Assembly (NCBI GenBank): GCA_016934455.1
Contig: JAFGSX010000608.1
Span: forward strand, 1-48,500
Length of the DNA stretch: 48,500 nucleotides
Origin: Deltaproteobacteria bacterium
Lineage (GTDB): Bacteria; Myxococcota; JACRCW01; JAFGSX01
Reading direction: 5' to 3'
The notes beneath the pieces were generated by a model that saw nothing but the letters and a program-made list of their open reading frames with translations, did not search any database and was not told the DNA's origin. Numbering within the stretch: position 1 is the first letter of the stretch; each line of letters starts with the position of its first letter. This document shows, piece after piece, positions 16,421 through 26,022 of the stretch. The position numbers and the translations under genes were made by a program.

Positions 16421-16499
16421 CGGAAGAAATCGACCCCATTACCTTTAAACCGCAATCTAGCGCGGGTAAACTTGGGGGACCAGGGTTGTCGGAGGGATC

Positions 16500-19328
16500 A
16501 TGGATTCATGCCCGCGGGCGAGGACCGCGCTACTGGCGGTGATCGTCGCGCTGACCTTGCTGCAGAGCCCGGCGCCGGCGCGGGCCCACTGGTGCAACAC
16601 GCTGTGGCAGTCGGGCTACAACGTGGTGGTGCGGCCCGAGGTGGACTCGCTCGAGGTGCCGGCCAGCGGCAGCGCGGCGCTGGTGGTCTGGGTCCAGAAC
16701 AACATGGGGTACCCGCTGGCGAGCTTCGTGCTGGCTGCCAGCGCCAGCGGCTTCACCATCCCGGCTCCGCAGCTCGACGCATCGACCCGGACCGTGGCCG
16801 GCTACCTGATGCCGGGCGAGCGCCAGAAGTACACCCTCGACGTCTCGCGCAACGGCGGGACGACGCTGCAGGCGGCCGACCTGACCTTCGCGATGACCTT
16901 CGGGACCGGCAGCCAGTCGGCCAACTACGGCACGTCGAGCTACGGCCGCGACGCGGTGATCCGGCTCAGCAACGGCGACCTGGCGCCCACCCCGCTCGCC
17001 AACCTGGGGGTGACGGGCGGCCAGGCCACCCATCTCGGCTCCGCGGCCATGGCCGACTACGGCGACATGCAGACCGGGCTCGACGGTTTGCTCAACGAGT
17101 ACTGCGTGGGCCGCGGCCATTTCAATTGTTCGGACGTCAACTACGTCACCTGCCCGGCGCGGGTGACCCGCACCACCAGCTCAAACACCGACTGGCAGCA
17201 CCTGTGGGCGGCCGAGTTCCTAGCCGCGCGCAAGGCCGGTCTCGCCACCATCCCGGGTCGCACCGCCATCTTCCGTCAGCGGCTGATCTGCGGCAGCGCC
17301 GACGATCTGATCGGCTTTGCGGCCATGCCCATGCTGCTGCTCGGCTACCTGGGCGACGACGACAACGCCCACACCTTTCTCGAGGGCAAGGTGAGCTCCG
17401 GCTCGACCGCCGAGCAGGCTGTCGCAAAGGCGGCGCTCTACGTCCTTGGCCACACGGCCGATCGCGACGACCGCGCCTACTACCGCAGCGACGTCCAGGC
17501 CGGGCTGTCGTCGGCCAACGTCTGGATCGAGATGTACAGCGCGGCCGCGCTCGGCCTCGCCGACTTCAACGATAGCGCGGTGGCAGACCACCTCATTCCC
17601 AACATCGCCTGGGCCAATCCGGAGTGCAGCGCTTCTCCCTGCGACGACGGGGTCGGCTTCACCGCCGGGCATCTGCTCGACCTGGTCACCTGGGACCGCC
17701 GCGGCTGGGCCACCGGCTCCGACGACACCGGCTGCGGCGGCTATTTCCGGGGCTGCGACACCACGCCGCCGGACTCCCCCCTCAACGTGAGCTGTACCCC
17801 GGGCGCGGGCGGCAGCGCGCGCATCCAGTGGGACCAGGTGACCTCGGAACCGATCGGCCGCTACTGGGTCTACTGGGGAGAGCAGGCGCGCAGCGCCGGC
17901 TGCGCGCGGCCCGGCACCTGCGCCGTGGACTACAGCAGCTCCGGCAACACGGGCAGCATCTATTTTGACCTGAGCGGTCTGACCATGGGCTCGACCTACT
18001 ACGTCGCGGTGAGCGCGGTCGACGCGGCTGGCAATTTCAGCGACTACTCGAGCGAGGTGAGCTGCGCCATCCCGGTGACCCCCGAGCCGCCGGTGGCGAG
18101 CCTGACCTGCACGCCGACCTCGGGCAACGCGCCGCTCGACGTGAGCTGCGACGGCACGGCCAGCAGCGACCCCAACGGCGACATCGCCCACTACTATTTC
18201 AGCCTGGACGGCGCGGCCGAGACCGACGAGGCGGACGGCCTGATCGACTACCCGGCGCTGGCCGCCGGAAACCACACGGTGGCCCTGCGCGTGGCCGACA
18301 GCGGCGGCCGCAGCGACACCGCCTCGGCCAGCATCCAGGTCACCACCCCGGGCAACCAGGCGCCGACCGCGCAGATCTCGGCCTCGCCGCTGAGCGGCCA
18401 GGCGCCGCTGACGGTCAGCTTCGACGGCAGCGCCAGCAGCGACCCGGACGGTTCGATCGCGGCCTGGGACTGGAACTTCGCCGACGGCTCGAGCCACGGC
18501 ACCAGCGCCGCGCTCGAGCACGTGTTCGCCGCAGACGGCAGCTACAACGTGGTGTTGACCGTCACCGACGACGGCAGCGCGCCGCTGACCGGAACCGCCG
18601 TGGTCACGATCGAGGTCGGCGGCGCCGCCAACCAGCCACCCGACGTCTCGACCGCTTCGGCCACACCGCTGTTCGGACCGGCGCCCTTGACCGTCGCCTT
18701 CGACGCCAGCGGCGTGCGCGACCCGGACGGCGACCCGGTGACCCTGAGCTGGGACTTCGGCGACTCGTCCACGATCTCGCATGAGGCGGTGACCAGCCAC
18801 GTCTACACCAGCAACGGCGAGTACTTCGCCGTGCTCACGGCCGAGGATGACCAGCAGCCGCCCAACGCGGCGACCCGCCAAATCCGGATCGCCGTCACCG
18901 ACAACAACCCGCCCGACATCGACGCGGCAACGGTATCACCGCTGTCCGGCCCCTTTCCGCTGACGGTGACCTTCGACGCCACACCCTGCTCCGATCCCGA
19001 CGGCGACCATCTCAGTTATCGCTGGGAGGTGGCGGTCGCGTCGACCGAGTCGTTGACCTCGGACAGCCCGACCCTGCAGCACACCTTTGCCGAGCCCGGC
19101 GACTACGACGCCACGCTGACCCTCGCCGACGACGGCAACCCGCCGCTCGTGGTGACCAGGCGCTTCACGATCGACGTCCTGTACCCGCCCGAGTCGGGGC
19201 AGCCCCAGCGGATCGCGCTGGTGCCGGGCGGCTGCGCCTGCGCGGCAGACGACACCGCGGCGCTGTGCCTCGCGCTTGGCGGCGTGCTCCTGATCGGCCT
19301 GGCCTGGCGACGGCGCCGCTGCCGCTGA
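16500..19328 (+). CDS. Cell-surface protein: unassigned ~420-aa N-domain, FN3-like domain, 4 PKD domains, MYXO-CTERM-like tail
   Basis: GGAGGG RBS and a signal peptide (LLAVIVALTLLQSPAPARA). PKD hallmarks are repeated four times (PL.V.FDGSASSDPDG.I..W.WNFGDG type). The tail is PGGCACAADDTAALCLALGGVLLIGLAWRRRRCR. Confidence 0.85.
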   Translation: MDSCPRARTALLAVIVALTLLQSPAPARAHWCNTLWQSGYNVVVRPEVDSLEVPASGSAALVVWVQNNMGYPLASFVLAASASGFTIPAPQLDASTRTVAGYLMPGERQKYTLDVSRNGGTTLQAADLTFAMTFGTGSQSANYGTSSYGRDAVIRLSNGDLAPTPLANLGVTGGQATHLGSAAMADYGDMQTGLDGLLNEYCVGRGHFNCSDVNYVTCPARVTRTTSSNTDWQHLWAAEFLAARKAGLATIPGRTAIFRQRLICGSADDLIGFAAMPMLLLGYLGDDDNAHTFLEGKVSSGSTAEQAVAKAALYVLGHTADRDDRAYYRSDVQAGLSSANVWIEMYSAAALGLADFNDSAVADHLIPNIAWANPECSASPCDDGVGFTAGHLLDLVTWDRRGWATGSDDTGCGGYFRGCDTTPPDSPLNVSCTPGAGGSARIQWDQVTSEPIGRYWVYWGEQARSAGCARPGTCAVDYSSSGNTGSIYFDLSGLTMGSTYYVAVSAVDAAGNFSDYSSEVSCAIPVTPEPPVASLTCTPTSGNAPLDVSCDGTASSDPNGDIAHYYFSLDGAAETDEADGLIDYPALAAGNHTVALRVADSGGRSDTASASIQVTTPGNQAPTAQISASPLSGQAPLTVSFDGSASSDPDGSIAAWDWNFADGSSHGTSAALEHVFAADGSYNVVLTVTDDGSAPLTGTAVVTIEVGGAANQPPDVSTASATPLFGPAPLTVAFDASGVRDPDGDPVTLSWDFGDSSTISHEAVTSHVYTSNGEYFAVLTAEDDQQPPNAATRQIRIAVTDNNPPDIDAATVSPLSGPFPLTVTFDATPCSDPDGDHLSYRWEVAVASTESLTSDSPTLQHTFAEPGDYDATLTLADDGNPPLVVTRRFTIDVLYPPESGQPQRIALVPGGCACAADDTAALCLALGGVLLIGLAWRRRRCR

Positions 19329-19398
19329 CAGGCAAGCGGGAATTTTTTTGCAGCGCCATCGCTTCTCCCTGGAGCCACCCCTCTGCTAGGCTGCACCC

Positions 19399-21471
19399 AT
19401 GGTCCGTCTCATCGCTTCGCTGGTCGCCTTTATCTCGATCTTCTGCGCGGCGACCCTGCTGCTCGGTTGCCCCAAGCGCGTGATCATCAACGGCGTCGAG
19501 GTCGACTACGAGGAGGCGGCGCGCGCCGCCTACGACGACGCCCTGGCGGCGCGACATCGCGGCGACACCGAGGCGGCGCTGGTCAAGCTGGATGCGTTTA
19601 TGGCGCAGTTCGCCGAGAGCGATCTGGCCGACGACGCGCTGGCCGCCAGCGGCGACCTGGCGCGCGAGCTGGGCCAGCTCCGGCGTTCCCGCGACGCCTA
19701 TGCCAGGCTCGCGCACGACCACCCGGACAGCCCGCACGCCCAGCGGGCGCGGCTGGCCATGGCGCAGTACGACATCGACAGCGGCCGCGCCAACGACGCG
19801 GTGGCGCCGCTGCGCACCGCCTACGACCGGGTCAGCGATCCGGGTGAAAAAATGCAGCTCGCGGTCAAGCTGGCGCAGACGCTCAACGCCAGCGGCGAGG
19901 GGGCGCAGGCGCTGACCTGGTACCTCAAGGCGATGGAGCAGTCGCGCACCGAGGAAGAGAGACGCCAGCTCGAGACGCTGACCCGCAACCTGATCGAATC
20001 GCAGCTCGACTTTCGCGCCATCCGCGAGGCCGCCGAGAGCATCGATACCCGATCGCCGGCGGGCGAGATCGTGTCGTTCAAGCTCGCCCGCATCTACTGC
20101 CACCTGCGCGATTTCACGCAATGCCGCGAGGCGGTCGACCGCTATCTCGAGCAGCATCCCTCCGGCCAGTTCGCCGCCCCGGCGCGCGAGATGGCGAACC
20201 GGCTGCAGCAGCGGCTCGCGGTCAACCCGATCGTGGTCGGCGTGGTCCTGCCGCTGACGGGCAAGTACAAGGTGTACGGCGAACGCGCTCTGTACGCGAT
20301 CCAGCTCGGAGCCGAGCTGGCCGGCAAGGAGACGCGGGGGGGAGTGACGCTGGCGGTGCGCGACGATGGCGGCGAGCCGGAGGGCGCGGCGCGCGCGATC
20401 GAGGAGCTGGCGCTCAAGGAGCACGCCATCGTCGTCATCGGCGCCATCCTGCAGAACACCGCGGTCGCCGCCGCGCTCAAGGCCGAGGAGCTGGGCGTAC
20501 CGCTGATCTCGTTCTCGCGGCGCAATGGTCTGACCGAGCTGGGCGGCTGGATCTTCCGCTACGGGCTGACCAATAAAAAGCAGGCCAAGGCGCTGGCCGA
20601 GCTGGCCATGGACCGGCTCAAGATGACCAGGTTCGCCGTGCTCTACCCGCGCATCCCGTACGGCGTCGAGCTGATGAACGACTTCTGGGACGAGGTGGAC
20701 CAGCGGCACGGCTACCTGGTCGGGGTCGAGGGCTACGACCACGACGAGACGACCTTCACCGGGCCGGTGAAAAAGCTGGTCGGCCGCTTCAGCATCGGGA
20801 CGCGCGCCGAGTACGCGAACTGCGTGGCCAAGGCGCGCGAGCTCAAGCGCGCCTTCTCGCGCAAGAAGGCGATCGAGGAGTGCCAGTCCCGCCTGACACC
20901 GCTGGTGGACTTCGACGCGATCCTGATCGCCGACGACCAGCGCGCGGCGGGGCTGATCGCGCCCACCCTGCAGTACGAGGACATCATCACCACCGGCGAC
21001 GAGGATGCCATCGAGGACTACAAGAAGACCACCGGCAACGAGAGCATGAAACCGGTGCAATTGCTCGGCGGCGCCGGCTGGAACGATCCGATTCTGATCG
21101 AGCGCGCCGGCAAGTACGTGCGCGGCGCGCTGTTCGTCGACGGCTTCAATCCGGACTCGGGCGAGACCCAGGTACAGAAATTCGTGACCGCGTTTGCCGA
21201 GGCCCACAACAGCAAGCCGACCCTGATCGAGGCGCAGGCGCACGACGGGGCCAAGCTGGTGGCCGCGATCATCCGCGGCGGCAGCGCGCCGGCGCCCAAG
21301 ACGCGCGAGGAGATGCGGGCGCGGCTGGTCGGAGTCAAGGACTTTCCCGGCGTCACCGGCGTCACCAGCTTCGATCAGAGTCGCGACTCGATCACGCCGC
21401 TGACCATCTTCACCGTCGACAAGGACACCATCCAGGTGGCCGACCTCGACAGCAAGAGTCCCAAGAGCTGA
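19399..21471 (+). CDS. Lipoprotein with TPR-like N-domain and type-1 periplasmic-binding-fold C-domain (LivK/LpoA-like)
   Basis: The lipobox is LLLGC. A helical repeat region spans aa 30-270. The segment IVVGVVLPLTGKYKVYGERALYAIQLG...VIGAILQNTAVAAA is typical of Leu/Ile/Val-binding-protein-fold and PBP-activator lipoproteins. Confidence 0.75.
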   Translation: MVRLIASLVAFISIFCAATLLLGCPKRVIINGVEVDYEEAARAAYDDALAARHRGDTEAALVKLDAFMAQFAESDLADDALAASGDLARELGQLRRSRDAYARLAHDHPDSPHAQRARLAMAQYDIDSGRANDAVAPLRTAYDRVSDPGEKMQLAVKLAQTLNASGEGAQALTWYLKAMEQSRTEEERRQLETLTRNLIESQLDFRAIREAAESIDTRSPAGEIVSFKLARIYCHLRDFTQCREAVDRYLEQHPSGQFAAPAREMANRLQQRLAVNPIVVGVVLPLTGKYKVYGERALYAIQLGAELAGKETRGGVTLAVRDDGGEPEGAARAIEELALKEHAIVVIGAILQNTAVAAALKAEELGVPLISFSRRNGLTELGGWIFRYGLTNKKQAKALAELAMDRLKMTRFAVLYPRIPYGVELMNDFWDEVDQRHGYLVGVEGYDHDETTFTGPVKKLVGRFSIGTRAEYANCVAKARELKRAFSRKKAIEECQSRLTPLVDFDAILIADDQRAAGLIAPTLQYEDIITTGDEDAIEDYKKTTGNESMKPVQLLGGAGWNDPILIERAGKYVRGALFVDGFNPDSGETQVQKFVTAFAEAHNSKPTLIEAQAHDGAKLVAAIIRGGSAPAPKTREEMRARLVGVKDFPGVTGVTSFDQSRDSITPLTIFTVDKDTIQVADLDSKSPKS

Positions 21472-21474
21472 CCC

Positions 21475-22476
21475 ATGACCGCCGGCCCCGACGCGGCCCC
21501 CTCGACCGCAGAAGCCCCCGCCCCCCCGGAACAGCCGCGGCGCTGGGGCACGCCGCTGCTGCTGTTCGCGTTGACCGTGGTGACCACGACCCTGGCCGGC
21601 GTCGGGCTGGCGCGCGAGCTGCCGGCGACGGTGTTCTTCTACCAGCCGCTGTTGACGGTGCTGCGCGAGCCCGGCGCGCTGCTGGGCGGCCTCACCTTCT
21701 CGCTGCCGCTGCTCCTGATCTTCTTCACCCACGAGATGGGCCACTTCTTGGTGGCGCGCCACTACGGCGTCGCCGCCAGCCTGCCCTATTTCATCCCGCT
21801 GCCCGCCGGCCTCGGCACGCTGGGCGCCGTGATCGCGATGCGCGAGCCGTCGCGCAGCCGGGGCGCCATCCTCGACATCGGCGCCGCCGGCCCGCTGGTC
21901 GGATTTGCGGTCGCCTTCGTCGTGCTGCTGGTCGGCTTCGGCCTGTCCGAGGTCAAGAGCGCCGAGGATATAGCGCTGATCGCCGACACCGTGGGGGTGG
22001 TGGTCGAGGGGGACAGCGTTGCCTATGCCCTGGCGCGCTGGCTCGTCTACGGCACGCTGCCGCCCGGGGCCGACGTCTGGATCCACCCCACCGCCTATGC
22101 CGGCTGGTTCGGCATGTACCTGACCTGGCTCAACCTGCAGCCTTTTAGTCAGTTCGACGGCGGCCACATCGCCTTTGCCGTCGCCGGCCGCCACGCGCGC
22201 GCGATCTCGCTCTCGGTCTTCGGCTACCTGGCGCTGCTTTTCGGCCTGACCCAGAACCTGCTGTGGATCAGCCTGCTGGTGGTGATGTTGGCGATGACCG
22301 GCCTGATCGGCCTGTCCCACCCGCCCGCGATCGAGGATCGGCCGCTGACGCCGCGGCAAAAGCTTACCGCTTTTGTCTGCGCGCTGGTTTTTCTCGGCAC
22401 CTTCGTTCCCAACCCGTGGCACGAGCTCGATCCAGCCGAGCTGTCGCTGGCACCCGCGGTCGAGGTGACCCGATGA
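21475..22476 (+). CDS. Site-2 protease family (M50) intramembrane metalloprotease
   Basis: HEMGH motif within a TM helix (LLLIFFTHEMGHFLVARHYG). The protein is polytopic and has a downstream FDGGH-type second motif (LQPFSQFDGGHIAF). Confidence 0.85.
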   Translation: MTAGPDAAPSTAEAPAPPEQPRRWGTPLLLFALTVVTTTLAGVGLARELPATVFFYQPLLTVLREPGALLGGLTFSLPLLLIFFTHEMGHFLVARHYGVAASLPYFIPLPAGLGTLGAVIAMREPSRSRGAILDIGAAGPLVGFAVAFVVLLVGFGLSEVKSAEDIALIADTVGVVVEGDSVAYALARWLVYGTLPPGADVWIHPTAYAGWFGMYLTWLNLQPFSQFDGGHIAFAVAGRHARAISLSVFGYLALLFGLTQNLLWISLLVVMLAMTGLIGLSHPPAIEDRPLTPRQKLTAFVCALVFLGTFVPNPWHELDPAELSLAPAVEVTR

Positions 22477-23132
22477 CCAGCGCCAGGTTGGTGTTCTCCT
22501 GCCCGGTCTGCTCGGCGGTAGGTCCAGCGCGTTCGCTTTCGGTCGTCGGCAGCAGCGTCCAGATCGTCTGCGACTGCTGCGGCGCAGCGACGCGCATCTC
22601 GAGCTACGGAGCCGACGACGATCCGTCCCAGGCCGAGATCGACTTCGGCGCCGACACCGAGCGCGGCGGCCAGCCCCCAGCGACGCCGACCGCCTCCGCC
22701 GGCGCCGACCCGCTGCTGAAAGACAAGCTCGCCGTGGTCGACGGAGTGGCCACGCTGCCGCCCGAGCTGGCGCAGCGTTACCGCGACATCGTGCGCGCCG
22801 GCGACCGGCTCGAGCAACACCGCAAGCTGGTGCAGAGCGCCTCGGTCACCGACCAACTCGAGCCGCTGGGCGTCATCTACCGGTTTCGCCTGGAGCGGCT
22901 GCCCGCCGATCCGATCGCGAGCGAGATGCGCGAGCTGGTGATGCAGCAGGCGCTGGCGCGGCTGGCTACGTCCCGCAGCGCTGGCCGGGACGTGAGCACC
23001 GCCCACCGCGTCGGCCAGATGGCGGCCGTGCTGTTCGCGCTGCTGTCGGCCGCCGCCCTGGTCTACATCGGGTTGCGGGCCTGCGCGTCGCAACCGCTGG
23101 ACGAGGCCGGTCTCGAGACGCCGGTGGAGTGA
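22473..23132 (+). CDS. Zinc-ribbon (CPxC...CxxC) protein with C-terminal TM helix, unknown function
   Basis: The ATG overlaps the M50 stop (ATGA). The N-terminus has FSCPVC...VQIVCDCCG, and the C-terminal helix is MAAVLFALLSAAALVYIGL. The 22263 start in the ORF track lies inside the M50 gene. Confidence 0.7.
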   Translation: MTSARLVFSCPVCSAVGPARSLSVVGSSVQIVCDCCGAATRISSYGADDDPSQAEIDFGADTERGGQPPATPTASAGADPLLKDKLAVVDGVATLPPELAQRYRDIVRAGDRLEQHRKLVQSASVTDQLEPLGVIYRFRLERLPADPIASEMRELVMQQALARLATSRSAGRDVSTAHRVGQMAAVLFALLSAAALVYIGLRACASQPLDEAGLETPVE

Positions 23133-23180
23133 CCGGTCGCGCCTGGCGCCAGTTCGATCGACGCGCTACCATCGAACCCG

Positions 23181-25262
23181 ATGTCACCTGCCAACGACCG
23201 GGCACCGATCCACCCCAAGGAGACCTGGGCGTCGCTCGCCATGAAGCACTACGGCGACGCGCTGCTCGGAGTGCGCCTGGCCGAGGCCAACGGAGTGACG
23301 TCGGCGACCCCGCCGGCCTCGCTCGCCGGGATCACCTATCCGCCGGTCGAGGCGCTCGATCCGGAGCGACAGTCGCGCCCGGCTCTCCGCGGCCCGACCC
23401 AGCCCCACGGCGGCATCAAGGGCAACGCCTTCGCCGACGACGAGGCGTCGGTGGTCAAGGAGGCGCGCTACCGCCTGGTCATGGCCATGGGTGGCAGCGG
23501 CGCCGTCAACGCGGCACCGTCGGCCGTGTCGAGCCGACCGGTCGAGCGCAAGGAGCTGCGGCGCGAGGAGAAGATCGCCGAGGCCAAGAAGAGCCGCAAG
23601 GACATGGCGGAGGCGATCGGCGAGAAGGACGGCAAGGAGCTGATCCTCGACGTCAAACCGACCAAGCACAGGCAGGATTCCGACCAGCCCAAGAAGGTCT
23701 CGACCAAGAACAACCTAGCCGGCGATATGGCGCGGCGCGAGGGCAAGGAGCTGATCCTCGAAGTCAAACCGGGGGTCGTCCCCGACGACGACGACGAGAT
23801 CACCCACATGGGCGATGCGCTCGCCGCCAAGGACGGCAAGGCGTTGATCCTCGAGGTCAAGGCCGCGACCAGGCGCGAGCCGAAGAAAAACCCCGACGGG
23901 ACACCGGTCGAGGAGGCGTCGGAGCCGCAGCCGGCGATGGGCGAGCGCTTTGGCGATGAAGTGGCCAAGCTCGACGGCCGCGCCCTGCTGCTCGACGTGC
24001 GCGCCTCGGTCAAGAAGAAGGAGACCGCCGAGCAGATCGCGGCCAAAAAGAAAAAAGGTGCCACCGAGGAGCTGTTCAAGGAGCTGGGCGACAAGGACGG
24101 CAAGGAGTTGATCCTCGACCTCAACGTCCAGGTCGAGGACAAACAGAAATTCGAGGCGCTCAAGGAGCGACGCAAGCTGGCCAAAAAACGAAGGCGGCGT
24201 TCGGGCGCCGGCTCGCTCATCCCCGAGCAGTGGCAGGCGGCGGGCGATATCTCGGCCGACGCGGTCGAGGACTACCTCGACGAGCTCAAGGAGGCGCGGC
24301 TCGAGGAGCTGGAGCGGTTTGGCGAAGACTCCTCGAGCGACACCTCGCCGATCGCCAGGGCTGCCAAGCAGACCCATCACCGCAGCGCCCAGGTGGCGCG
24401 ACCGACCTACTCGGACGCGGGCCACGATGGCACCGTCCGGCCAGCGACCGACGGCGTCGGCGCCTACGAGCAGATCCAGCACGAGGAGGTGGCGGTCCAG
24501 GCCGGCGTCCTGCAGCGCCCCAGACGCGATCGCCAGGAGCGCGCGGAAGCGCAGATCGACGCGCTGAAGACCGACCCGGGCACGGGCCGACCGGCGCCAC
24601 CACCGACGCCACCAACGGCGGCACCCGCGCCGCGGCGAGCCGATCCCGCCCCCCCCCTGCCAGCGGCGGCCCGGGCGTCCCCGCCGCCACGCTCACCGTC
24701 GACGGGCGGTCAACCGCGCCGCGATCAGCAGCCCTTGAGGGCCGCACCGCCATCGCGGCCCATGCCGCAGCCGCTCCCCCGACCGTCGATCCACCCGGAC
24801 CAGGGCCAGATGCGGCGGCCGGTCAAGCCGATCCCGGCCCCGGCCAGGCCCAGCGCCGCGGACTGGGACGACGACGACGGCGGTGGCTCGGTGCACGGAG
24901 TGTCCGATCCCTCGCAGCCGCGCGTCTCGGACTGGGATGACGAGGACAACGCCATGCATCTGAGCGGGCTGTCCGGCCTCAGCGGCGTGTCGCGCACCGG
25001 CATTCCCTCCGGTCCGCTGCCGTCGGTGTCGGCGCAGGATCCCTTCGCACCCGAGGCCATGGCGCGGCTCTGTATGCTGTCGCCGGGCACGGTGATGCAG
25101 GTCGCCCGCAGCGCGCCGGTCGGCGCCGGCGCCGTGCTGGAGCTGATCGGCAAGCTGCGAGAGGCCAAGAGCGAAAACGAGCAGACCGATCTGCTGCGCA
25201 AGTTCATCGCCGAGCATCGCGAGCGCGCCACCCAGACGCTGGAGCTGCTCTTGACCCGGTGA
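23181..25262 (+). CDS. Repeat-containing protein: LysM-like N-terminus, 5x KDGKELILDVK repeats, Pro-rich tract, W-acidic motifs
   Basis: 693 aa with no TM segment. The N-terminus (HPKETWASLAMKHYGD..LGVRLAEANGV....LAGITYPP) loosely fits LysM. The internal repeats and low-complexity tracts are described in the findings. Confidence 0.8.
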   Translation: MSPANDRAPIHPKETWASLAMKHYGDALLGVRLAEANGVTSATPPASLAGITYPPVEALDPERQSRPALRGPTQPHGGIKGNAFADDEASVVKEARYRLVMAMGGSGAVNAAPSAVSSRPVERKELRREEKIAEAKKSRKDMAEAIGEKDGKELILDVKPTKHRQDSDQPKKVSTKNNLAGDMARREGKELILEVKPGVVPDDDDEITHMGDALAAKDGKALILEVKAATRREPKKNPDGTPVEEASEPQPAMGERFGDEVAKLDGRALLLDVRASVKKKETAEQIAAKKKKGATEELFKELGDKDGKELILDLNVQVEDKQKFEALKERRKLAKKRRRRSGAGSLIPEQWQAAGDISADAVEDYLDELKEARLEELERFGEDSSSDTSPIARAAKQTHHRSAQVARPTYSDAGHDGTVRPATDGVGAYEQIQHEEVAVQAGVLQRPRRDRQERAEAQIDALKTDPGTGRPAPPPTPPTAAPAPRRADPAPPLPAAARASPPPRSPSTGGQPRRDQQPLRAAPPSRPMPQPLPRPSIHPDQGQMRRPVKPIPAPARPSAADWDDDDGGGSVHGVSDPSQPRVSDWDDEDNAMHLSGLSGLSGVSRTGIPSGPLPSVSAQDPFAPEAMARLCMLSPGTVMQVARSAPVGAGAVLELIGKLREAKSENEQTDLLRKFIAEHRERATQTLELLLTR

Positions 25263-25296
25263 GCGCCCGCCGTGGCGCAGGGAGCATGACGACGAA

Positions 25297-26013
25297 ATGG
25301 CCGACACTCGCAACCGCCGGGCGCGGATCAAGTTGCCCCGGATCAAGCTGGCACCCTACCCGACCCCGGCCGACTACGCCAAAATCGCGCACCTGCCCGA
25401 TTGCCTGCGCCGCTTCAAGGGCAGCGCGAACCCCTGCCCGCGCTGTCCCGGCCACTGCTGCGAGCTGCTGCTGTCGCTGACCGTGCACGACATCGCGCGC
25501 ATCAGCGTCGGCCTGACCGTGCCACCGACCGAGTTTTGCCACCTGGCCGAGCGCCGCGACAACTGGCGCTCGCCACCGGTGTCGCTCGACGGCAAACGGC
25601 TGCACGTGATGCTCAACTGCGGTCCCATCAAGCCGTGCGTGTTCCTGCACCGGATGCAATCGCAGCGGCGCTGCGCCATCTACGAGCTGCGGCCGATGAC
25701 CTGCCGGCTCTATCCCTTCAAATGGCAGCAGGGCGATCTGATCTCGGGACCGCGCGTGGTCTGGTGCCCCGAGCAGTGGTTGCTCGACGCCGCCGCGCGG
25801 CGGCGCATCACGGCCGTCATCAAGCAGAGCCTGATCGAGGAGGAGGAGTCGGCGCTCGCGATCAAGGGGTTTTCCGAGCAGCAGCGCCAGCCTCAGACGG
25901 TCGATGGCTTCATGCGCTACGCCGTCGAGGAGGGGGCGCGCCTGCTCGGGCTCGACGCCGGGGAGGTGCTGGCGCCGCCGCAGCCCAGGCGACTGCGCAA
26001 GGCGCTGTGGTGA
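25297..26013 (+). CDS. YkgJ-family Cys-cluster (zinc/iron-chelating, UPF0153) protein
   Basis: CPRCPGHCC motif, followed by CAIYELRPMTCRLYPF, in the order characteristic of the YkgJ/CxxCxxCC family. Confidence 0.75.
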   Translation: MADTRNRRARIKLPRIKLAPYPTPADYAKIAHLPDCLRRFKGSANPCPRCPGHCCELLLSLTVHDIARISVGLTVPPTEFCHLAERRDNWRSPPVSLDGKRLHVMLNCGPIKPCVFLHRMQSQRRCAIYELRPMTCRLYPFKWQQGDLISGPRVVWCPEQWLLDAAARRRITAVIKQSLIEEEESALAIKGFSEQQRQPQTVDGFMRYAVEEGARLLGLDAGEVLAPPQPRRLRKALW

Positions 26014-26022
26014 AAGGCGCGA

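Noticed and set aside
19343-19349. T7 run after the PKD gene, and T9 run at 29378-29386, as intrinsic terminators.
   Set aside because: Neither T-run is immediately preceded by a stable GC-rich hairpin. The second lies in a divergent promoter region, where a terminator makes no sense.
23208-23340. A firm LysM domain call at the N-terminus of the repeat protein.
   Set aside because: Only a loose match to the LysM pattern is visible by eye (ETW.SLA..HYGD...L...N......L.G..YP). It is kept as a comment in the CDS evidence, not as a separate feature.
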